Part shown: positions 33,906 through 41,163 of the stretch, piece after piece
Position numbering within the stretch: position 1 is the stretch's first letter
Layout of the letters: the number at the start of each line of letters is the position of its first letter
Source: a virus
Taxonomy: Duplodnaviria; Caudoviricetes
DNA: 43,159 nucleotides
Reading direction: 5' to 3' (one strand)
IMG/VR virus record: IMGVR_UViG_3300030397_000898
Coordinates: 1-43,159 of that record
Program-made: the position numbers and the translations under genes
Notes under the pieces: generated by a model
Told to the model about the DNA's origin: nothing
Seen by the model: the letters and a program-made list of their open reading frames with translations, nothing else
Databases searched by the model: none

Positions 33906-34165
33906 TTGTTGTTCTCCTTATATACATTGGCCCTGTTCATTGCCGACCTCACAAGGAGGTTGATTCTCGGCTCATCTTTCAATCTCTTGAGAAGATCCTC
34001 GTATATGATCAATTGTTGATCTTTAAACCAGATCTGTTCAAATGCCAATCTCAAGAGATATGAGAGCTTCTTCAAGCCCTCTGACTCGCTTGGTGCGGAG
34101 TCCATGATCTCGCAAATAACTCTGTCGAGATCTTCAATGGTTGGCGATTTCTCAGTCCTTTCCAT
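33902..34165 (-). CDS. Hypothetical protein
   Basis: 87 aa, in operon after rusA. Confidence 0.55.
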   Translation of the reverse strand: MERTEKSPTIEDLDRVICEIMDSAPSESEGLKKLSYLLRLAFEQIWFKDQQLIIYEDLLKRLKDEPRINLLVRSAMNRANVYKENNK

Positions 34166-34511
34166 AGATCCTTACTATTACCTTTCCGCCGGTCATCGGC
34201 TCGTGTTTGCTGACAAGCAGCTTCACTATTTGATTGTCGTTTTGGTATGCCCCCGCATGTTCGAGGGCATCCAAAAGTGCTTTTAATATGTTGTCGATAT
34301 CTCTTCTTCTCTTATCAGGGGGATATGCGTCAATGCCCATTGCGATCTGACCGTCTATCGGATCTTTTTTAAGACCTTTAAAAATGCTGATTACCTCTTC
34401 GCGGTATTCACGACCGCGTTTGCTGATCACAACATTTTTACCCACGCGTCTGTAATATTTATTTACAGACGGTGGGAACGGCAGATCAAATACAATCATT
34501 TTTTCTTCCAA
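34152..34511 (-). CDS. rusA: RusA Holliday junction resolvase
   Basis: LPFPPSVNKYYR, PPDKRRRDIDNILKALLDAL, NDNQI motifs. Confidence 0.92.
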   Translation of the reverse strand: MEEKMIVFDLPFPPSVNKYYRRVGKNVVISKRGREYREEVISIFKGLKKDPIDGQIAMGIDAYPPDKRRRDIDNILKALLDALEHAGAYQNDNQIVKLLVSKHEPMTGGKVIVRIYGKD

Positions 34512-34948
34512 GGCATTGGGTCATTACCTCCTGCTGATTGAGCTGGAGCACCGATATTTTCCTTTGGCTCGTATTTTTTAATTTCGTTTTTGGTCTCACC
34601 GTTATATTCGTATTGGCCGACAGTAATACACATCGGCTGATTATGAAGTTCGCCAAAGCTCTTTGGATGAATTCCAATGGCCTTGCAAATACTTCCAAGT
34701 TCGGCACGGGCAAAGGCAACGGTCTTCATGCTTGAGTGATTGAGATTCAGCATGGTCCAGACAAGTCGGCCTTTATATTCACCGTCAATGATCTCAAACT
34801 TCAAGTTTTCATATGAACCGGTCCCCGATTTATTTTCCTTGGTTTCGTTATCGACGATCACAGCAAGGTATTTTCCTACCGGTATTGCATCGAAAGAAAC
34901 TTCAGGTTCTTCATTCGGATCGAAGGTGTTGAAATCAAAATCGCTCAT
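34496..34948 (-). CDS. DUF669-type single-stranded DNA-binding protein
   Basis: IPVGKYLAVI, LKFEIIDGEYKGRLVW, NEIKKY, C-terminal PW tail; follows the AAA ATPase. Confidence 0.8.
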   Translation of the reverse strand: MSDFDFNTFDPNEEPEVSFDAIPVGKYLAVIVDNETKENKSGTGSYENLKFEIIDGEYKGRLVWTMLNLNHSSMKTVAFARAELGSICKAIGIHPKSFGELHNQPMCITVGQYEYNGETKNEIKKYEPKENIGAPAQSAGGNDPMPWKKK

Positions 34949-35688
34949 TTGTTTTCTCCTTTAATAGCTCTTGGTTTCAAATATTGTGAGTACTCTTCCC
35001 AAAGAAATGGAATTTCAGAGGGGATGTTCATCCGGGTCTTTGATATGTATCCCGGATTTGGTCGTGAGCGGATTTGAATTTCATCTCCACCCACAGCAAT
35101 GTTCTTCTTGCTCTCACTCTTTCGAGTGTAGACCTTTGGCGCACAGAAATATACTTCGTCACACCATTCATGAATGAGCGGCCATGCTTTTTTATGGAGC
35201 TTCGGCGTGTAACGCTCATAGGCCTCACAATCAGGCGGTTCAATCTTCTCGATCTTGCAGTGGCTAAGAATCATGATCATCATGCCACGGTCGTTTCTGA
35301 GAGCTTCAAGGGCCTCCATCAACTCACGCCAGTAGTTGATCGCGAATTCATAACCGCGAGCGTAGCCAATGTCCTCAATGCTCTGGACGCCCTTCTTCTT
35401 GCAGATGGCATCCCAAATCAAGCGCTCAACCCAATCAATTGAGTCAATTGCAATGGCCTTGAAATCATGCTCGTCAGTGTAGACCTGAGAGATTTGATTC
35501 ATGAGGGTATCCCAATCGCGAATCACCTCAAGCGACTGCGCGTGGGGAATCTCATCAAGGCCATCTTCGATGTTCAGGATCAGGGCCCCGGCGTCAGCAA
35601 CAAACCATGACTTTCCAATGCCACCCGTTCCATATGCGAGCATTCGCTTTGGTTTTCCAGTACTTCCTTTAATAACGTTCAAAGACAT
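34945..35688 (-). CDS. AAA_24/Sak4-like recombination ATPase
   Basis: YGTGGIGKS Walker A, IDSIDWVE, GYARGY, EWCDEVYF; start at ATG 35688 after GGAGG. Confidence 0.85.
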   Translation of the reverse strand: MSLNVIKGSTGKPKRMLAYGTGGIGKSWFVADAGALILNIEDGLDEIPHAQSLEVIRDWDTLMNQISQVYTDEHDFKAIAIDSIDWVERLIWDAICKKKGVQSIEDIGYARGYEFAINYWRELMEALEALRNDRGMMIMILSHCKIEKIEPPDCEAYERYTPKLHKKAWPLIHEWCDEVYFCAPKVYTRKSESKKNIAVGGDEIQIRSRPNPGYISKTRMNIPSEIPFLWEEYSQYLKPRAIKGENK

Positions 35689-35689
35689 T

Positions 35690-36499
35690 TCAAACCTCCA
35701 ATGACAGAATGCGCTTGTCTTCAAAATATGAGGGCCAGTTTTTTGTATCGATGCACTCTTTTAACTTTTCAATTGCCTCGGCGTTTTCACGCTCGCAATA
35801 GTCAAGAAGCTCATCGGCGATCTTCCAGACTCCAACGCGATGAGGAGCTTCTTTTTCAACCGCAACAATATGGACGTCAGCCTTTACACTATACGCCTCG
35901 TTCAGAACGCTCCTGTAAAAAGAAAGCTGATGACCGTATTGATATCGACGAGCATCATATTCAAAGAAATTGAGATCTTGACAGGTCTTGAGGTCTACAA
36001 TCCCATGATCAAATGAATAGAAGTCCGGGCGAATTTGACAGTCAATTCCACACCATTTGTGGCGAACAACTCCCTCAGCCACTCCCTCACGCAAAAGCTC
36101 GGCAGCTTCCTTATGAGTGTGGACCTGACGAAACATTTCGTCAAGAACAGCAATCTCCTCTTCAGTAACGAATTCACTTTGAGGCTGCTCTGCCAGCCAC
36201 GTCGCAAACGCCTTGGTGTCTCTTCCAAAACATTTGTTTGTTCGCGGGTTGATCGGACCTCCGGTGGCATACGTCTCATCAAAGAGATCTGGCTCCAATA
36301 TTTTCGTATGAGCCGCGCGCCCAAAGGCAAATGCGGGTGAGTCCTGATCCTTAATCCTTCCAGTCTTTTTCATTTGTAAGATGATCGGAGACTTTCTGAA
36401 ATCTGCAAGCTGGTGACTCGATAGATAATCCGCACGCTTCATGCGATACTCATCCATCGACTCCTCTAAAAACATTTGTTGTAAATTTGTTGCCATCAC
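35690..36499 (-). CDS. PD-(D/E)XK exonuclease, RecE/ExoVIII-like (DUF3799)
   Basis: LSSHQL, FGRAAHTKILEP, RPD...DLKT, YGHQLSFY, AVEKEAP motifs. Confidence 0.88.
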   Translation of the reverse strand: MMATNLQQMFLEESMDEYRMKRADYLSSHQLADFRKSPIILQMKKTGRIKDQDSPAFAFGRAAHTKILEPDLFDETYATGGPINPRTNKCFGRDTKAFATWLAEQPQSEFVTEEEIAVLDEMFRQVHTHKEAAELLREGVAEGVVRHKWCGIDCQIRPDFYSFDHGIVDLKTCQDLNFFEYDARRYQYGHQLSFYRSVLNEAYSVKADVHIVAVEKEAPHRVGVWKIADELLDYCERENAEAIEKLKECIDTKNWPSYFEDKRILSLEV

Positions 36500-36663
36500 T
36501 TTTCTCCTTCCTTTATTAAGTATGGCTTTAGCTCTTCAGCTAAATTTTTAAGAAACTCTTTTTTGAATTCTTCATCATATGGATTCTGATGGAACTCAAT
36601 ATGTTCACGCATCCAATCTAAAAAGTTATGGAATGCATCTGTTCCGGGCCATGGATCAACCAT
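36496..36663 (-). CDS. Hypothetical protein
   Basis: 3' part of track ORF 36496-36789; start at MVDPWPG overlaps the end of the upstream gene. Confidence 0.5.
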   Translation of the reverse strand: MVDPWPGTDAFHNFLDWMREHIEFHQNPYDEEFKKEFLKNLAEELKPYLIKEGEK

Positions 36664-37027
36664 TGAAGGCCTCATATATTGCTTGGCAGATGGCGAGAGG
36701 GGCGGATTCCAGTTCATTTGGCGTTGTATAAACTTCCTTTTTATCTTCATCAAAAAGCAAACATCTATACCAATTAATAAATCCATCAATTTTCATATGT
36801 CTACGATTCTTAGATTCCGCATCACTCATCCACTTCTCCACACACATCATCGCTTGGTTCATGTCGGTGGTGGGGGACCAGTGGGTGAAATGATGAAGTG
36901 GATACCTTGATCCATGTTCACGGTCAAACTCCCATTGACCATTATTTCCTTGCTTCCACCCCATCACATTCTCAGCGAGCCATTTGTTTAGCTGTTGAAG
37001 TTCTTGGTCGGTCATATCAATATTCAA
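36656..37027 (-). CDS. Phage ABA-sandwich/NinX-like protein
   Basis: LNKWLAENVMGW, WSPTTDMNQA, APLAICQA motifs. Confidence 0.7.
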   Translation of the reverse strand: MNIDMTDQELQQLNKWLAENVMGWKQGNNGQWEFDREHGSRYPLHHFTHWSPTTDMNQAMMCVEKWMSDAESKNRRHMKIDGFINWYRCLLFDEDKKEVYTTPNELESAPLAICQAIYEAFNG

Positions 37028-38051
37028 CTTTCATATGTCTGACTTTTCCACTTGAAACAAGCTCAACAAGTTGAATGGCAGTGACTTCTGGAACTTCAAA
37101 GGCTGCAATCAGGTCTTCGCAGATTTCTGCATTAATCTTTTTCACATGACGCTTACTTGCCTCGCGTTTCTCTTGGGCCTTCCGCTCTTTTTCCTGTTCA
37201 CGCTCAACGCGCTCACGTTCTTTTCTGACCGCCTCTTCCTTGTCACGTTTGGCTTTTTCCTCCGCCCGTTTCTTATCAAGCTCTGCCTGCCTTGCGCGCT
37301 CTTCAGCCTCACGTTTTTCACGCTCGACTTTCTCGCGTTCTTTCCTAGCTTTTTCCTCGGCTTCAACCCGTTCTCTTTCAGCCTTCTCTTCGGCCTCCCT
37401 TTTGGCTTTCTCAGATGCTTCACGGGCGATCTGCTCTTCGCGCTCTTTTTTCTTGCGCTCTTCCTCTTCTTTTCTCATGCACTCAAGTTCAGCCTGTTCT
37501 TTTTCACGGGCGACGGCATCTTTAAAATAAACATCAAGCTTTTTATATGATTCCTTGAGCACGGAAATGGCTTTAGCTTCAAATTCCTGCCAATCTCTTC
37601 CCGCGTATTCGTCGATCTGCTCAATACGCTCAGTTATGTCAGTTGATTTAGGAGGCGTATCAAAGTCAGCGAGCCATGAAATCTCCTGTAATGCCTGATT
37701 GTGGCTGTCGATTCTTTCTTTTTCCTTGGCCTCATATTCATCTAATGGCGCACGAATCTCGGCTTTTAACTGGTCGAGAAAATCACGAGCTTTTTTTCTG
37801 TCGGCGTCAATTCCAGCGATCTTTCTTTTAGTTTCAGCAACCAGATCTTTTCCAAGTTTGTCAAGGGCGGTCTTTGATTGAGCAACTTTATATGCGGTGC
37901 TTGCAATCAGTCTTCTTCCTTTATCTGTAGAGATATCAGACTCAACGGCTCTGGCCTTTTCAGCGATTTCCTGAAGAGTGGAGTCGAGTCCACCGTCAAT
38001 GAAAACCAGCTTCGAATCTTTTGTTTCTGGCAATGCGAGTTCTGTCGTCAT
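37017..38051 (-). CDS. Phage coiled-coil protein with E/K/R-rich C-terminus
   Basis: DISTDKGRRLIASTAYKVAQSKTALD N-terminal motif plus a long charged helix. Confidence 0.75.
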   Translation of the reverse strand: MTTELALPETKDSKLVFIDGGLDSTLQEIAEKARAVESDISTDKGRRLIASTAYKVAQSKTALDKLGKDLVAETKRKIAGIDADRKKARDFLDQLKAEIRAPLDEYEAKEKERIDSHNQALQEISWLADFDTPPKSTDITERIEQIDEYAGRDWQEFEAKAISVLKESYKKLDVYFKDAVAREKEQAELECMRKEEEERKKKEREEQIAREASEKAKREAEEKAERERVEAEEKARKEREKVEREKREAEERARQAELDKKRAEEKAKRDKEEAVRKERERVEREQEKERKAQEKREASKRHVKKINAEICEDLIAAFEVPEVTAIQLVELVSSGKVRHMKVEY

Positions 38052-38446
38052 GATGTTCCTTTATTTATCAACGGTGATCCCGGACCCATCCGAGCAAGTT
38101 TTTCAATGAGAATTCCTATCAAGCAATGCTCTCCATGCCTATCTGCTTTTGTTTGCCTGCAAACGCATTGAGTTTCATCGAGGGCAGTTCTAATCATATT
38201 GACCTGACCTTCAAGGTCTTTGACTTGATCCATTAGAATTTTTCTTACTTCAGAATGGACAGCCTTTTCTGCCGGCGGGTAATACATTGGCTCGGCTGTT
38301 ATTAGCCTTCCATCTGAATCATACTTAGCCGCTGTCAGTCTCATAACCTCTTCCATATGGTCGATGTAAGTTATGTATGCGCCATCTTCGTTTTCCATCA
38401 TGCGTGCTTGGGCGTGAAAATCTTCAATGAACGTGTAACGTTTCAT
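38048..38446 (-). CDS. Hypothetical protein
   Basis: 132 aa, GGAGGTG SD, ATGA overlaps. Confidence 0.6.
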   Translation of the reverse strand: MKRYTFIEDFHAQARMMENEDGAYITYIDHMEEVMRLTAAKYDSDGRLITAEPMYYPPAEKAVHSEVRKILMDQVKDLEGQVNMIRTALDETQCVCRQTKADRHGEHCLIGILIEKLARMGPGSPLINKGTS

Positions 38447-38703
38447 GAATTCACCTCCTCAACAACCGCATAAATCATCCCTTCACTTGACGATGTAATT
38501 GATTGAATTACTTTTACCTCTTTTTTCATTACAAGATCACAGAACTCCATGGCCTTGATCTGCTTTTTAAATTTCACAAAGAAAAGAATCTTTTGTTTTA
38601 AAGAACGCTCTTTCCATTTAAGAAATCTGTAATAAGGTGGACCACTCCATTCACGATATCGAGCGAGCTTACCGCCTTTCATCATCCAATATGAGCGGAT
38701 CAT
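38443..38703 (-). CDS. Hypothetical protein
   Basis: 86 aa, coupled. Confidence 0.5.
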   Translation of the reverse strand: MIRSYWMMKGGKLARYREWSGPPYYRFLKWKERSLKQKILFFVKFKKQIKAMEFCDLVMKKEVKVIQSITSSSEGMIYAVVEEVNS

Positions 38704-38975
38704 TTAAATTTATCCTTATTAAATAACTTCTCGAAGAAATCTATGGCTGCGTACAGTTCTGGATTTTCTTCTTTGAGCTTCTTTTCTTCTTCCTCATTTC
38801 TTTCAGCAATTTTCTGCTCGAGATGGGCCAGTACGCCCATCCTCTTTTTTTCATATTCATCAAATTCAATAATCCCTTTTTCTTGAAGGACGATTAATAT
38901 TGTTGTTGTGTGAGAGGCAATCTCAACAAATTTTTGTTGCAGATGTTTCATGTAGTCTTCAAGGTCGGTGATCAT
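38700..38975 (-). CDS. Hypothetical protein
   Basis: 91 aa, coupled. Confidence 0.6.
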   Translation of the reverse strand: MITDLEDYMKHLQQKFVEIASHTTTILIVLQEKGIIEFDEYEKKRMGVLAHLEQKIAERNEEEEKKLKEENPELYAAIDFFEKLFNKDKFK

Positions 38976-39202
38976 TTTCCCCTCATTTCCTGCATTCTTT
39001 TTCTCATCCGATCACCCTCACGTTTTTTGTGCAGGGCTTTTTCAATTTCGATCTGGACCTTCATATTTAAACGATGAAGTTTTTCTCTTTCTTTATCTAA
39101 AATCATGATCGAGGTTTGAATGCTGTAGACTCCACATCTTGTGCAATGTGGGTCAGGCGCTTCGAAAGTGCAACCTTTGAACATGCAGATTAAAAACTTC
39201 AT
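38972..39202 (-). CDS. First early gene, Cys-containing; probably leaderless
   Basis: ATG 39202 (MKFLICMFKGC...HCTRCG) lies at the predicted +1 of the leftward promoter. Confidence 0.55.
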   Translation of the reverse strand: MKFLICMFKGCTFEAPDPHCTRCGVYSIQTSIMILDKEREKLHRLNMKVQIEIEKALHKKREGDRMRKRMQEMRGK

Positions 39203-39209
39203 GAACACA

Positions 39210-39239
39210 ATACTACCGTTTACAAAAGTGAACTGTCAA
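39210..39239 (-). promoter_or_regulatory. Leftward sigma70 promoter
   Basis: TTGACA (39239-39234), 18 bp spacer, TAGTAT (39215-39210). Confidence 0.7.
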
Positions 39240-39276
39240 GTGTAAAATGGAAAAACCGTTGACAAAAGTGAACGGT
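39215..39276. promoter_or_regulatory. Two palindromic operator sites
   Basis: ACCGTTTAC-AAAA-GTGAACTGT (39215-39236) and ACCGTTGAC-AAAA-GTGAACGGT (39255-39276), 40 bp period, one overlapping each promoter. Confidence 0.75.
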
Positions 39277-39287
39277 GAAAATACTAT
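39259..39287 (+). promoter_or_regulatory. Rightward sigma70 promoter
   Basis: TTGACA 39259-39264, 17 bp spacer, TACTAT 39282-39287. Confidence 0.8.
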
Positions 39288-39307
39288 CATAATCACGGAG
39301 GAAATGC

Positions 39308-39454
39308 ATGAGCAATAAAACAAAACATGTCATGATAAGGATGACGCCGAAGTTACATCGCCAAGCTTTACGCGAAGCAAAAAGATTGGAAATTTCACTT
39401 GCTGAATTTATAAGACACGCCATCGCCTACACCATTCCGCCTTCTAAGAAGTAA
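39308..39454 (+). CDS. Ribbon-helix-helix (Arc/CopG-like) regulator, 48 aa (not in ORF track)
   Basis: MSNKTKHVMIRMTPKLHRQALREAKRLEISLAEFIRHAI; GGAGG SD; TAATG coupling to the helicase. Confidence 0.8.
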   Translation: MSNKTKHVMIRMTPKLHRQALREAKRLEISLAEFIRHAIAYTIPPSKK

Positions 39455-41163
39455 TGCAATTACGGCCATACCAAAATCAGGCTGTGCAGGCCGTTTATAG
39501 CAGTCTGCGCGATAGGGGGGACAATCCCTGTGTGGTTATCCCGACCGGCGGTGGAAAGACATTGGTTCTCGCCCAACTTTGTTGGGATATCGTCAATCGA
39601 TGGAATTGCAAAGTCGTTGTGCTGGCACATGTTAAGGAACTTCTTCAACAGGGAATGGAAAAGTTATCCGCAATCTATCCACAGGCTGAAGAAAATATTG
39701 GAATCTACAGTGCTGGCCTCGACCAAAAAGACTCAACCAAACCAATCACATTTGCAGGCATCCAATCAGCATTCAGAAATCCGCAGGATTTTGATGATAT
39801 TGATTTTATTATCGTCGATGAGGCCCATAGAATTCCTGAAGACGGCGATGGAATGTATCGGTCGTTCATCGATCACCACAAAAAAAGAGATTCAGATATT
39901 CCAGTTTGCGGGTTGACTGCCACCGACTACCGGACAAAGACCGGAAAAATCTGTAAGCCGGAAAATATTCTCAATCATGTTTGCTATGAAATTTCAGTCA
40001 AAGAGTTGATGGATAAAGGATATTTGTGCCCGGTCAAGTCAAAGGGCGGTGAAAATGATCAAGACTGGACAAAATTACGCATCCAAGCAGGCGATTTTAA
40101 GAAGGATGACCTAGAAAATTTGTTTAATTCTCAAGAAATTATCGAGCAAGCGTGCAAGGAAATCGCGAAGAAGACTGAAAGCCGCAATTCTGTGCTTATT
40201 TTCTGCTCTGGAGTCGAACATGCTGAAAACATTTCTGCTGAATTGGGCATCGAACATGGACTTTTTTCTGAGTGTGTTTTTGGGCACACTGCTGCTCCTG
40301 AGCGCGAGAGAATCCTAAACGACTTTAAATCGGGCAAGCTCAAGTATCTGATCAACGTCGGAGTCCTGACCGAGGGCTTCGACGCTCCAAATATTGACTG
40401 CGTCTGCCTGCTTCGAGCAACGATGAGCCCTGCTCTCTATTATCAGATGGTCGGGCGTGGCTTCCGGCTCTTTGAGGGCAAGGATTATTGCTTGGCTCTG
40501 GACTTTGGCGGCAACGTACAACGACATGGTCCGGTCGATGCTATCCAGATAGATGAGAAAAAACCAGCGTCTAAGAAGGGTGATGCGCCGGTGAAAAAAT
40601 GTCCTAACTGCGGGACGTTCGTTCACATCTCTGTCATGACCTGTCCTGATTGCAAATATGAGTGGGAGGAAAAGGTCGCGCACCATTCTTTTGCCACTGA
40701 CGAGGACATTATTTCCAATGGCCCTCGGACTCTCGATGTGATGAACACGACTTATCACGTTCACACGAAAAAAGGGGCTCTGCAATCAGATCCAAAGACA
40801 ATGCGCGTCACGTATGTTGTTGGTTTCAATCAAACGGTCAGTGAATGGGTTTGTTTCGAGCATTCTGGCTATGCGCGCGGTCAAGCAGAGAAATGGTGGA
40901 AGAAAAGAAGTCACGCTCAATGCCCTCCGACATCTATTCATGCCGTGAAATTGGCTAATGAAGGGGCATTGCCAACAACTTTAAAGATCAAAGTGAAGAA
41001 AGACGGGAAGTATGACCGAATCATAGGGCACGTGCTTGACAATTTTGAACCGGAAATCATTGCGAAAGCACGGGATATTTTTCAGGAGCCTGACACAGAA
41101 GGCTATGGGGAAGAGGAAAGCGAAAATATATGGGAAGCAAAACCAGACGACTTAATTTTCTAA
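39454..41163 (+). CDS. SF2 DEAH helicase (RadD/YejH-like) with zinc ribbon
   Basis: LRPYQ, PTGGGKT, DEAH, LTAT, LTEGFDAP, QMVGRGFR, CPNC/CPDC. Confidence 0.93.
   Translation: MQLRPYQNQAVQAVYSSLRDRGDNPCVVIPTGGGKTLVLAQLCWDIVNRWNCKVVVLAHVKELLQQGMEKLSAIYPQAEENIGIYSAGLDQKDSTKPITFAGIQSAFRNPQDFDDIDFIIVDEAHRIPEDGDGMYRSFIDHHKKRDSDIPVCGLTATDYRTKTGKICKPENILNHVCYEISVKELMDKGYLCPVKSKGGENDQDWTKLRIQAGDFKKDDLENLFNSQEIIEQACKEIAKKTESRNSVLIFCSGVEHAENISAELGIEHGLFSECVFGHTAAPERERILNDFKSGKLKYLINVGVLTEGFDAPNIDCVCLLRATMSPALYYQMVGRGFRLFEGKDYCLALDFGGNVQRHGPVDAIQIDEKKPASKKGDAPVKKCPNCGTFVHISVMTCPDCKYEWEEKVAHHSFATDEDIISNGPRTLDVMNTTYHVHTKKGALQSDPKTMRVTYVVGFNQTVSEWVCFEHSGYARGQAEKWWKKRSHAQCPPTSIHAVKLANEGALPTTLKIKVKKDGKYDRIIGHVLDNFEPEIIAKARDIFQEPDTEGYGEEESENIWEAKPDDLIF

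Noticed and set aside
37071-37550. Phe/Leu-rich plus-strand ORFs resembling membrane proteins
   Set aside because: Antisense artefacts of the E/K/R-rich coiled-coil gene.
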